Assembly: GCF_902713615.1 (NCBI RefSeq)
Contig: NC_052159.1
Location: forward strand, 77,414,520-77,478,519
Source: Scyliorhinus canicula
Taxonomy: Eukaryota
Direction of reading: 5' to 3'
DNA: 64,000 nucleotides
Below the pieces are notes generated by a model. The model worked only from the letters and a program-made list of their open reading frames with translations. It did no database searches and was not told where the DNA came from. Of the stretch, positions 50,801-61,696 are shown in pieces (within the stretch, counting starts at the first letter, position 1; every line of letters starts with the position of its first letter). A program made the position numbers and the translations under genes.

Positions 50801-51213
50801 TGTTTTATAATTTATATTTGCCATTTTCTGAGAACAGAACATTGACTTTTGTGCTGGCCTTCCTTCAGTTTAAAACATTGACTTTATGCCCAGGAGAGAG
50901 GATAGTAGAGGAACACATCATTTTTATTGCAAAAGGTATCATGTGCACGAAAAACAATGATGCATTTGATGTGATTTGTGTCATGGCGTTTCACTGACAA
51001 AAAGGTTCAATACCTTTTTTTAAGGAAGGAAGCCCCGTATTGAAAGAAATAGTTTGTCAACGATGATAAAATAGCTTTCCAATCTGGTTCAGCTGTCCTG
51101 GTCATTAAATGCCAGCCCAGCTGAATGGGTAATTCTAACCACAATATAAACAACAAATTTTTAATCCAAATAACTTTGTCAAGGGGAATATAAATTTATT
51201 TTTGATTTCTTAC

Positions 51214-51483
51214 CGTTTTCTGTGTTCTCAAGCTCTGTGTCAGTAAGGGTGAGTGTAGAATTTGCCCGACTGGATAAGCAGGAGCTTCGTGTTGATTTAG
51301 CATTTTGTCCCCAAAGTCTCATTGCATTTTCAGGAGACATGACCCCATCTGTTTCTGTGTCAGCATCAGAGCCTCCGCTTACGGAGTATCCACGGTGTGA
51401 CAGCCCTAATTCTGTCCGATATCCAGTGACAGGCTGAGGTGTAGCTTCAGTCAGTCCTAACTCCCGCAGGGAAAAATTTGTTC
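51214..51483 (-). CDS. TENM4: Teneurin-4-like, second coding exon (270 nt, phase 1/1)
   Basis: Manual translation: (G)[89 protein letters not shown](G). Acceptor ttgcttcctag at 51484, donor ACG|gtaaga at 51213. Frame is compatible with exon 1. RELGL..YRT, SSRANS and ENTENG favour TENM4 over TENM1-3. Confidence 0.93.
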
Positions 51484-52189
51484 CTAGGAAGCAATGTTCA
51501 GTATTTCAGAAAATGTTGCGACTGCCTCTATACACAAGAGGTATTTTTCAGTTATGTGAAGCTAAAACTAAGCAGCTCAACCTTGCAGGCAGATTCTTCC
51601 CCCAACCCTCAACTTCAACAATTCCTATCTCTAAAATACTTTACATGGAATAAGTTTCTTAGCGGCAGAGAGCAGAAAAGATAAGCAACTGAGTTAAACT
51701 TTCACCAACATTGATATTCACTGCTGGCCAAAATTATGGCACTTACACAAAGTCCTTAGTTCTCATGGCAACGCTGTTACTTTAAAGCAGTAAATGGTTT
51801 GTAATGTATTCACATCTTTGAAAGCTGAAGCAATGTCCAGTGAGAAGGGCTTTGGTAATATAAAGAATATTGACTGATTTTCTTTTCAATGCAGGTAGGT
51901 GAAGGAACATTTGGTGATAGCTATTGGAAAGTATTTATACTCTATTGGGAACAAAATGCTGTTTAACTGAAAGGGGTGCTCTCTGTCAGATCTCAGAGGT
52001 TGTTTTGCCCTGTTATCAGCTCTCACTTCCTGCAAAACCCAAATGTGCAATTGTAACTCCAACCAACAGGGTATGTCCCAGAAATATCTTGCCTAATAAT
52101 TTTAAGTTGCATCTTTGAAATTGTTCAAAAACAGAGGTGTTTTGAAAATTAGAACTTGCTTATGCTATCATATTTGAACTGGCCTCCAG

Positions 52190-53215
52190 AATTTAATGAC
52201 AAAGATGAATGACCCTCAGAGAAGAAATTCCTCTTGTGAATATAGGCTCAACCTGTTCAAACTTTCCGCATAGACAACCAGATCAGCCTCGGAATTAGCT
52301 CAGCAGACCTTCACTGAACTGTTTCCAATGCAAGTATCTACCTCCTTAAGTAAGGACACCAGAACTGCATGCAGTGCTCTCAATGTGGTCTCACCAATGC
52401 CTTGTGAAGATGCTGTGAGACTTATTTTATGCACCAACCTCTTTGCATTAAAGGCCAACATCCCAACCTTCTTAATTACTTGCTGTACCTACATGTTAAC
52501 ATTTTATGATTCATGCACAAGGATACCCAGATCTCTTGTACCACAGCATTCTGCACTCTCTCTTAATTTAAATAATATTCTCCTTTTTTATTCTTTCTGC
52601 CAACAGACAATCTTACATTTTACTGACTTATACTCCACCTGCCAGTTTTTCTGTCCACTTGCTTAACCTATCTCTATCCCTCTCCTTTCTTCTCACAATT
52701 GCTTCCCCGCCAATCTTTGTCATGATCAGGAAAATTGGCTATAATAGTCTGTTCCTCCATCCAAGTCATTAATATAAGTTGTACATAGTTGAGGCCCAAG
52801 CACTGATCCCTGTGGTGTTCACCTAATTACAGTTTTTCAACCTGAAAATAACCCATTTATCCTGACTTTCTGCTTCCTGTTAGTTAGCCAACCCTCTATC
52901 CATGCTAACATATCACCTCCAACACCTATTTTGTGTGGAAACCTTTAATGTGGCCTTATCAAATGGCTTCTGGAAATCCAAATACGCGACATCTACTGGT
53001 TCCCCTTTCTCCATCGCACATCCTCAAAGAAATCTAAGAAATTTGTCAAACATGATTTCCCTTTCACAACACCATGTTGATTAAATTCTGACTTTCTAAA
53101 TGTCCCGTAACCTCCTTACTAATAGTTTATAGCATTTTCCTTAATGACAGATTTTACATTAACTGGCCCACAATTTCCTGCTTTCTGCCTCCCTCCTTTC
53201 TTGAATAGAGGGGAA
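52190..53215 (-). mobile_element. CR1 LINE RT/3' fragment
   Basis: ccttatcaaatggcttctggaaatccaaatac is the reverse of YLDFQKPFDK. Also aaggccaacat and gtggtctcaccaatgcc motifs. Confidence 0.83.
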
Positions 53216-54476
53216 GTTAAGAACAAAATGTTTTTATGAAGCCAATGGTGGAGAGGTAAATTCAGCCATCAACTTGTGTTGATTTGCAATTCACAGGGTA
53301 TCTCTTCCTCCCTACAAATTGCTAGTTGATTTGTACCTTAATAACAGTGTATGCCTTGCATGCAGCTTGCTTTTACAGCAAAATTTGGCCATTTCCTACA
53401 ATGGAAGTTCAGTATATATGCATTTTTCTTCCAATACTTCTACATTGACTGTTTTCCACAGAAGTCTTCAGCTCATGTGCAATAGTAAAAGACATTTCGC
53501 TCACCTCCTCCTACATTCAAAACTATTCCCAGAAAGGAATTGGAATGCTCGACCTGAACCAGTTTAATTCAAATCAGTTCAATGCATTCCAGCTGTACAA
53601 ACAGCCATAAGCCTCACTATCTGAAGAAAAATCAAGAGGAACAATGATTTAATTCTTTCGAATTGAGGGAAATGTACATTTGTAGGAGAAAGAAAGGAGA
53701 GGAAAGCTTTCAAGTTAATCACATTCTTCATCTCCCTGTCTCTTAAATTGGCTGTGACAGATATGGTCCTGCTGGACCAAATTGAATACGAGCTGCTAAG
53801 AACAGTCTGCTCTTAACCTTGATACAGAATATAAAGCATGAAGGCTTATGGTCCGTTTAATACTATAAACATTGTTCGTAGCTACCAAATGTTTATTTTT
53901 GTGCAGAGACTACAGAATGAACAAACAAACAGCTCATGATTTAGCCTCAGGGCCCAAAAGTTCTGTTGTCCTTTTGAACCAATGGCTTAGATTAATTATA
54001 AGGTAATCTGGTTCATCAAAATATGTTTGTTTTCTTTCCATTTCTGCTTGCTGACTCACTCATGAGCTTGAGAGCATCATCTGTATTAAAGACCAACTTC
54101 TGTCTGCCTCTGCGAAATATTGTCATAAATTATGAAAAATTACTGCCACAATTAACTGAAAATCAAACGTCTTCACAATGAATGCATTGGATAAACGGAT
54201 TTCATACCCTGGGCCTATTGTGCCCTTTTAAAAAGGATAATGAAACGAACCAATAAATCGCTAGGAGCATTTCCACCCAGATTTGATGGAAGAGGGTGTG
54301 TTCACTTTCATTATTGTCTTTTTTATTGCCCTTTTATATTGTAACAATTAAAAATTATAATTTATCTGGCAGAACATTCATGCTTAAAAACTGAAAAATA
54401 TTTGCATCAATATTTGTTATCAGCATAATGTCTCCTTCAAAATGATAAACTTTGGAGAGATTTACTTCTCATTTCT

Positions 54477-54702
54477 TTTTTTAAATAAATTTAGTGTATC
54501 CAATTAATTTTTTCCAATTAAGGGGCAATTTAGCGTGGCCCATCCACCTACCCTGCACATTTCTGGGTTGTGGGGGCAAAACCCACGCAAACACGGGGAG
54601 AATGTGCAAACTCCACACGGACAGTGACCCAGGGTCGGGATCGAACCTGGGACCTCGGCGCCGTGAGGCAGCAGTCCTAACCACTGCGCCACCGTGCTGC
54701 CC
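54477..54702 (-). mobile_element. Short V-SINE variant with A-rich tail and 15-bp TSD
   Basis: Full head and shortened V-domain. Tail aattggaaaaaattaattggatacactaaatttatttaaaaaa. TSD ttacttctcatttct (54462-54476) / ttacatctcatttct (54703-54717). Confidence 0.88.
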
Positions 54703-55667
54703 TTACATCTCATTTCTATTCAAGCAAGTAATACTCTTTTGCACACAAAACTTATTCAGAGTTATTAGCCTACTGGTAAGATGTAAGCATGATTTAAAAT
54801 TAAAACCTTAATTTTTCAGCCGTTTAAAAGAGATGTGAGTTTTATCAATGGAGGCATTGAAGACCAAAGAAGAAATAGTGCATTTACACAAAATATTGGA
54901 TAAGGCCACGGTTAAGCTTTTGCAGTTTTGTGCAAAGACTTATAGAAAGGACTTAAAAGAAATAAGGAGTGTGCAACAGATTTACGAGGCCATGTGGTGC
55001 CCCGGAAAAGATGCAGAGCATTACAAGAATGATTTCTACAGGCTACAGTGAGACAGCAAGTTGATGATACGTTGTGGATTATTCTCGCATGGAGCCAGCA
55101 CAGATCAAGGGAATGAATGGCTTCCCGTTGGTGCTGTAAATCTGCAATATAAAGGTTATTGTATGTACCACAAGGGAACTTTGTTTCAATGTGGATGTAC
55201 ATCTTTTTTGTTCCTCCAATTTTCTACATGTATCTGCTGAATGTGGCACTCCACAAGAATTGGCTATCGACCTTCAGGTCCCGTTCCCCGTTGCCCAGGT
55301 GTGAACCCAGACTGAAAGTTTTGGCAGGCTGTGCCCTCAGGAGAAAGTGAGTGCAGCCACACCATCTGTTCCCACCCAACATTCACAAACCCCCTTCACA
55401 TGCAGGTCAAAACCATTCAGTAAAGCTGACCTCAAATTAGCATTAACCCATTCAACTCTTCCACTCTTGATTGATTATACTGCAGACGTTTTCAGTAAGA
55501 TAAAAAAAACTTGTTCTTAAAAAGCACTTCCAAGCTGCAAGGCATGCTCAGTCTTGACCTGACTGAATGGTAGCAGAATAGCCTCAAAGGTTTGTGTCCA
55601 GTGTTAAAATTTGACTGCGTTTTCATCCTTCCAACAAATGTTGTAAGTACTCCTTTTTTTAAAATAG

Positions 55668-55724
55668 TGGATTTGCAAAGTTACGTTGGATTTGCAAAGT
55701 CACGTTGGATTTGCAAAGTCATGC
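55668..55724 (+). repeat. 19-bp tandem repeat x3
   Basis: tggatttgcaaagttacgt / tggatttgcaaagtcacgt / tggatttgcaaagtcatgc. Confidence 0.9.
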
Positions 55725-56419
55725 TGGGTGTGCACCCTTTTCCTTGCATTTTACTTATTTCTTCATTCACCATGCAATTATATAGCATCTTGGTGTGTTG
55801 GAAATAGAACACTTTGACTTTCCATGGCAGTTGAAATTCTAATGTAAGTTTGGAAAGGTTTTGAAATTAAATAATGTAATTCGGAGTGTGATAGAGCTAT
55901 CTCAGAATATGTCTTTTTCTGTTAATTTTTCAAAATTCATTCAATGAGACAAAAGTGGAATTTAATGTTTTAACAAAAGTCCCAATCCATGTGAAATATT
56001 ATTCAATTTTTAGAAAATCAAATCGCTGCAGACATTTTTTAGGGACTAATTTATTTGAAATTAAATGCAGGTTTTCACGTCTGAAGCAGTTTAATTATCT
56101 AATAAATATGCAAGCTCCGGTTACTAGATTGTAACAAAATGGGAATTAAAATAAATATATATTTCCCCAGCATAACCTTATCATAGAAAGTCAAAACCCT
56201 GAATTTGCCATTCTACATGCAGAAAACAATATGGCCTGGATTTTGTGGTCGCGGAGATGTCAGCACCTGCCATCATCACACTTGTGAAACTGAACGCAAC
56301 TTCAGGGGTCCAAGCATTTGCAGAACCTTATGGGAATCCCGAGGTCGCAGCGGGTGATTCTGTGCTGCTCCACAGGGTATGCTATATAATTCTCCAACAT
56401 TGGTCAGAACTGCATTCTA

Positions 56420-56660
56420 CACAGGATGACAGTCTCAGATTAAGGGGTCGACGATTTAAGACTAAAATGAGAAGAAATGTCTTCCCTCACAAAGTTATGG
56501 GTCTTTGGAATTCTCTGGTCCAAAGGGTTGTGGTTGCTTCCAGCAGAATATAAAGGAAGATAAATTGACCTGTTTTTGGATAATAAGGAATCAGGAGCAT
56601 GGGAAGGTGGAATTACGGTAGAAGTTCCACCTTGGTCCTTTTCTTCTGTTTTTATTATGA
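56420..56660 (+). mobile_element. CR1 3' fragment
   Basis: SLRLRGRRFKTKMRRNVFPHKVMGLWNSL in ORF 56245..56553. Confidence 0.72.
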
Positions 56661-57234
56661 CTATTCAAAAATTATTTTTGCTTACATTTATATAATTTTT
56701 AATTTGCATTCGTGCATATGACTTGGTAAAAAATATTTTTTTTTTACAATCAGCTATCAATTTTTATTAACTGATACAGCAACAGCTTAAAGCTCATTAG
56801 GGAGAAACATGATTTTTCCACTCGTGACCTGTCAGTTTTGATAGATTCTATGGCATGTCTTCTCTTCGTCTCCACACATTCTCTGATATTTAGCTTGTAT
56901 TAGACTAAGCTGCAAAGATCTTTTGTGGCCCATATCATGGAGAAATCCTCTGGACTTGCTCACAAAGCATGAACCGTCACAGTTTGGTCAAGGTCAATGG
57001 CAAATGCTATCACTTCATCCTTCACCGCAAAGTATGGGCCAATATGTAATACATCTGACCCTTGCATTAGTCCTTCTGCTACTATCTAACAGGATGTCTG
57101 CATACTTGATTCTATTGACCTACCAGGCCAAATCCATATGGCAAATTTATAAATGTGAAATTTTATCATCCGGGTTGAACCTACAGCTTCCTACTATTTC
57201 CTACCCTGTATCTGACCCGTAAGCAACACAACAT

Positions 57235-57730
57235 TCTTTCATAGGAGCAGGTGAAGACCATTCATCTCCTGGCCTGTTCCGCCATTCCATCAGAAAATGG
57301 CTGACAAGCCACACCCTAACTCCATATCTCTTAATCCCATGGTGAGCAAAATCTCTTGTCAGAGATGTAAAATGATTAATTGATCAAGCATATAGGCTTC
57401 TGTGGGAGAATGTTCCACACTGCAGCCAACCTTGGCTCGAAGAAAATGTTTCCTAACTTCTCTCTTGAATGGCCTGTTTCTCTTGAATGACATGTCTCAG
57501 ATTTCCCAACTATTATGAAAACGTCTTTCCCTATTTACCCAATCAAGGTCTCTCAATCAAATCACCCGTTACCCTTATATATTTCAGAGAACACAAGTCT
57601 AGTGTAGCGTCTCCTCATACATTAAGTATTGGAAGCCTGGTTATTTTCTGAAAAATCAGCACTGCACTCCATCCAAGGTCAATATAGTATTTCTGAGATG
57701 CAGTGCCCATAATGTACACAGTTCTCCAAT
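57235..57730 (-). mobile_element. Old CR1 3' fragment
   Basis: ataggagcagg..agaccattca tail and gcactccatccaagg..aatat..tttctgagatgcagtgccca..aa.tgtacacagttctcca motif. Confidence 0.7.
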
Positions 57731-58144
57731 GAAGAAAGGTTGATTGTTTACGTTGGAAAGACAGAGGTTGAGGGGGGACCTTATTGAGGTCTACAAAATT
57801 ATGAGAGGTATGGACAGAGTGGATAGCAACAAGCTTTTTCCAAGAGTGGGGGTGTCAATTACAAAGGGTCACGATTTCAAGGTGAGAGGGGGCAAGTTTA
57901 AGGGAGATGTGCGTGGAAAGTTTTTTACGCAGAGGGTGGTGGGTACCTGGAACGCTTTGCCAGCGGAGGTGGTAGAAGCGGGCTCAATAGCATAATTTAA
58001 GATGCATCTAGACAGATATATGAACGGGCGGGGAACAGAGGGAAGTAGATCCTTGGAAAATAGGCGACAGGTTTAGATAAAGGATCTGGATTGGTGCAGG
58101 CTAGGAGGGCCGAAGGGCCTGTTCCTGTGCTGTAATTTTCTTTG

Positions 58145-58280
58145 AGAGAAAAGCAAATTACTGCGAATGCTGGAATCTGAAACGAAAGGGAAAATGTTGG
58201 AAAATCTCAGCAAGTCTGGCAGCATCTGTAGGGAGAGAAAAGAGCTAATGTTTCGAGTCTGATGACTCTTTGTCAAAGCC
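58145..58280 (-). mobile_element. Penelope-like terminal repeat fragment with 15-bp TSD
   Basis: Flanked by ctgtaattttctttg at 58130-58144 and 58281-58295. Homologous to 48020 and 60190. Confidence 0.78.
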
Positions 58281-58282
58281 CT
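58241..58282 (-). ncRNA. Minimal type I hammerhead-ribozyme-like motif (U3-A8 variant, probably inactive in this copy)
   Basis: AGGGCU-UUGACAA-A-GAGUC-AUCA-GACUC-GAAAC-AUU-AGCUCU: 6-bp stem I, 5-bp stem II, GAAA box. Confidence 0.6.
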
Positions 58283-58309
58283 GTAATTTTCTTTGTTCTT
58301 TGTTAAATG

Positions 58310-59650
58310 TGATCCAATGCATACTTTCTTTGGTGTACCAGAATGTCCTTCCTTTTGTATTCTAGTTCTCTAGTCATAAAGGCTAACATTCCATTATCCT
58401 TTCTGATTTTTATTTTTGCACATGATAATCGCATTTTAATTAATAAAACCCTTAGCTTTTCACTATTTAAAAAATACTCAAATCTATCCTTTCTTGTTCC
58501 AAAATGGGTAACTTCACACTTTACTGTGTTGAAGTCCATTTATCAAAATTTTACATTACTCGCTTACTCTATCAACGTCTCTTTTATGTTAACAAGTTTA
58601 TGCTTGCAGACCAAGCAGGCCAGCAGCACGGTTCGATTCCCGTACCAGCCTCCCCGGACAGGCGCCGGAGTGTGGCGACTAGGGGCTTTTCACAGTAACT
58701 TCATTGAAGCCTACTCGTGACAATAAGCGATTTTCATTTCATTTCATTTCATGCTCTTATCTACATTACTTACTATGCCACAAATCTTTGTGTCATTGGC
58801 AAACTTTAATATATGGCTTTCTGTTGCATTATAAAGGTCATTAAAAAATAAAGTATAGTTAAGGCCCCAGCACAGATGCTTTTGGGACACCACTAAGCAT
58901 TTTCTTCACATTAAAGTACATACCAAATATTGCGACCCAAGTTTTCTATGGCCTCATCAATCTCCTAACCAGGTCAATCATTTGCTTTCAATTCCATTAG
59001 TTTTAATTTTAACAAACAGTCTCTTATATGGAGCCTTATTAAATGCCTTCTGGAAATTCAAAAAGCAATGTCCACAAGAATTTCCCCTGTTTATTATTTT
59101 AATTACTTCTTAAAAGTATTCCATTAGATTTGTTCCACATGGACGACCTTTCAACAATCAATGTTGGCTTTTCTCAATCAGCTCAAAAATTACTAAGTGC
59201 TCAGTCACCTTGCCCTGAACTACAGGTTCCAACAATTTCCCTGCAACATATAAGATTACCAGATCTATAATTCCCTGATTTCTCCCCGCCCTTAAGCAGC
59301 GGGTTTACCCCTGAAATTTTCCAATCTGAATGGACAATTCCTGAATTGAGGGTGTGTTGAACATTATGGTCAATGCAAATGCAATTTCTTCAAATACTTC
59401 CTATAATAATAGAAAAGCATAATGTCCTGGAGATGTATCGGTCTTTAGTGCGATTATTTCTTTTTTAAATACAGCTTTCTTAATTTAGTGCAATCCAGTA
59501 CTTGATACTCTGTTTACCCCGGAATATCAGACATATTATTCTCTTTCTCCAGTGTGATGACCAACATAAAGTAACTATACAATAAGGCTGCTATTTCCTT
59601 TTCCTTCTAAGAATTAAAAAATAATCTTTGGGTTAACCTTGATATCCCTG
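58310..59650 (-). mobile_element. Old CR1 RT fragment interrupted by a SINE
   Basis: MDFNTVKCEVTHFG...YFLNSEKL, IRKDNGMLAF. gtgtcattggcaaac is the reverse of KFANDT. ccttattaaatgccttctggaaattc. Confidence 0.8.
58600..58751 (+). mobile_element. Short tRNA-head SINE, 5'-truncated, (TTTCA)n tail
   Basis: gcagaccaagcaggccagcagcacggttcgattcccgta...gtgacaataagcgattttcatttcatttcatttc. Confidence 0.85.
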
Positions 59651-60189
59651 ACAAGTTTATTTCATCTCTCAATCATTAACATTACATGCTCACATCTCCA
59701 CTGTATTGCTGTAAATCCCTTAAACCATTCAAGCTTTTATCATCTCAAAGATTGCTGCCCCCAATGATGACCTCATCAACTCCAAAAACCTGCACTTCAG
59801 AACTTCATGCTTTGTCTCTTCCCACATACACACCAACCTTTGACAAGCACTAAGAGCTCCCTGTGCAACATTGCTTTAAATCTCTCCAAAGTCATCCTCC
59901 GTCCCCTCTTCAACTGATTGATCTTCTCCAGCTTAACATTCTTGAATGGATCATCTGCTCCTGTAACACAGGATTACTGCTTCTTTGCTGTGTTCACTTT
60001 CCTCCATCATTAGAAGTTGACATTTCAGTCACTAAAGATTCTCTCTTTTTAAAAAAAAAGTAACCTCCCTCCCTTCGAAAGTCTCTTTTTTTACAATATC
60101 TCAATTATCTCTTGCCTAATTTTCACTGTGCTCCTCCTTCTCTGCTCTGTAAAGCAGTTAGAACTGTCAAAAAAAAATCACATAAACTG

Positions 60190-60379
60190 AAGATCTGAAA
60201 TAAAAAACAGGAAGTGCTGATAAAACACAGTCAGTCTGGGAGCATCTGTGGAGACAGAAACAGAGCCAACATTTAGAGTCCAATAGTTCTAAGAAGAATC
60301 ATATTGGACTTGAAACGATAACTCTTTTTCTCTCCCCACAGACAGTGCCAGGCTAGCTGACATTTTCCAGCATTTTCTG
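60190..60379. mobile_element. Inverted pair of Penelope-like terminal repeats (hairpin)
   Basis: Arm 60208-60285 is the imperfect reverse complement of 60302-60379. Confidence 0.72.
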
Positions 60380-60435
60380 ACCAATTTCTTTGCCTGGCGT
60401 CCCAGAGAAATGCAAGTTCCTATTCATGATACATG

Positions 60436-61318
60436 GAGCGTAATTTCCCCAAAAAATGGCGAAGTGCCAGGTTCAGTCAGAACACCGACGTGTTTCTCCC
60501 CAGAGAACCAAGCAGGTATTCCGATGAAATCTTCCCACACTTCGCCATTTCTTTTGAAACTGGCATGTGCGGGGTGGGGCCTGAACATGCAGGCAAGCCC
60601 AGCTTCATAGGGATCAGGGTGTCATTTTTAAAGAGCGCACCAAAATCAAAGTGAAATTAAAGACCCTTCGCCTTCGGACATTGGGACCTTCCCCTTCGGA
60701 CATTGGGACGACCCCCCCCCATTGATAGCATGTACCGCCATACCCCTCCCGCTCCGAACACAGCTCACCGGCCTGATCTCCCTCCCCCATCCTTAACATA
60801 GGTGGATGGCCCTGGGGCATTGGGGACCTTCCAATGGGTTGACCTATTTGCCCTGCCCCCTCCAGACCCTAACCCTTGGCACTGTCCCTGGCACCCTGGC
60901 AGTGCCAGTGTGGTACTACCAGGGTGCCAAGGTCAGTGCAAAGGGACAATGCCACGGCACTGCCCTGTGTGGCCCCAACCTCCCGGTGGGTACAAATGCC
61001 ACTGAGCCTCCCTGCATGGTCATCATTTCTGGTCTCTGAGGAGACCAGTAGTGATTCCCACCAATGCTGTGTCAGCTGACAGGTGGGAACACTGCACGTG
61101 CCCGGAGTATTCACCGTAAATCCGACTTTGAACATTTAAATTCACTGAATGAATCGTAATCAGGTTCTCGCCCTTGCTGAGTGTGAATCTGCTGGGAGGG
61201 CCCGGGAATATTGTGAACTGTTAGGCGACCGGCGCAAATTCTCTTTCATGCCTCTCCTCGAAATTCCCGAAACAGCAGGATTTTCCGGTAAGCGCAATGC
61301 AGCTGGATAATTACCCCC
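60436..61318. mobile_element. Non-autonomous Harbinger-like element about 150 bp from the TENM4 donor
   Basis: TIRs gagcgtaatttcc / ggataattaccccc, TSD ATG (60433-60435 / 61319-61321). GGCA.TGCC cluster at 60875-61005. Confidence 0.72.
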
Positions 61319-61470
61319 ATGATGTTTAAGCGAATTGCTAACTGAAGTGACTAGTATCTGAGAAATGGAATACCTGATCCAATACAAGCTACGAAACCTC
61401 TGAACTGGTTCAATGCTTCTACTTGCCCTTTTCTTCGCATTAGATGTATCTTTATGATAATTCAAAATAC

Positions 61471-61696
61471 CTGGTCTGCAGTATTCATCGGACTCCTGAT
61501 GAACTACTTCTTTGACACGATTACTGTAGACTAATCTTGGGTCCTGATCATAGGCTTTGAGTGTTTCACTGGAGCTGTAGGATTTGTGAGGTACTTTGCT
61601 GTCTTCACTTTCCACTGAAGAACTGGTGTATCGTCGCTCCTTTTCACGTCTGCTCTTTGTTAAAGATCGGTAGGGTTTCCGTTCTTTTATTTCCAT
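61471..61696 (-). CDS. TENM4: Teneurin-4-like, first coding exon (N-terminal intracellular domain); the exon runs 61471-61759 including 63 nt of 5'UTR
   Basis: Translates [75 protein letters not shown], a teneurin N-terminus ([15 protein letters not shown]). Strong Kozak GCCATGG. Acceptor ttgattttcgttccttgcag at 61760, donor CAG|gtattt at 61470. 226 coding nt, phase 1. Confidence 0.93.

Larger units (their letters stand above)
1..51213 (-). other. TENM4: TENM4 large intron following coding exon 2 (>51 kb, appears to run off the window)
   Basis: Donor at 51213. No further teneurin peptide recognised downstream in the window. Teneurin 5' introns are known to be very large. Confidence 0.7.
57740..58304 (+). 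mobile_element. Young CR1 LINE 3' end; its tail is split by a Penelope-like insertion
   Basis: Intact LERQRLRGDLIEVYKIMRGMDRVD...TKGHDFKVRGGKFKGDVRGKFFTQRVVGTWNALP. Tail gagggccgaagggcctgttcctgtgctgtaattttctttg(ttctttg). Confidence 0.9.
51484..61470 (-). other. TENM4: TENM4 intron between coding exons 1 and 2 (9,987 nt, GT-AG)
   Basis: Canonical splice sites joining two frame-compatible exons. Confidence 0.88.

Noticed and set aside
1-51213. Further TENM4 exons (alternative PLHCSSASS...NSFLVK exon, SINSLNR exon) and miR-708
   Set aside because: No matching peptide was found in the ORF track or by partial manual scanning, and a short exon could have been missed (tBLASTn would settle it). miR-708 is known from a more 5' mammalian intron and I saw no match.
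51222-51437. 71-aa plus-strand ORF
   Set aside because: Antisense shadow of TENM4 exon 2.
55668-55724. CRISPR-like array or any prokaryotic system
   Set aside because: The repeats are contiguous with no spacers, and the window is spliceosomal vertebrate DNA with no prokaryotic genes.
58259-58275. Plus-strand CTGATGA as a canonical hammerhead or C/D box
   Set aside because: No stem II plus GAAA follows on that strand. It is the complement of the minus-strand stem II and loop.
61160-61470. C-terminal ~100 aa of the 178-aa ORF 61160..61696
   Set aside because: Read-through past the splice donor at 61470 into intron and a DNA element. Teneurin similarity stops exactly at the donor.
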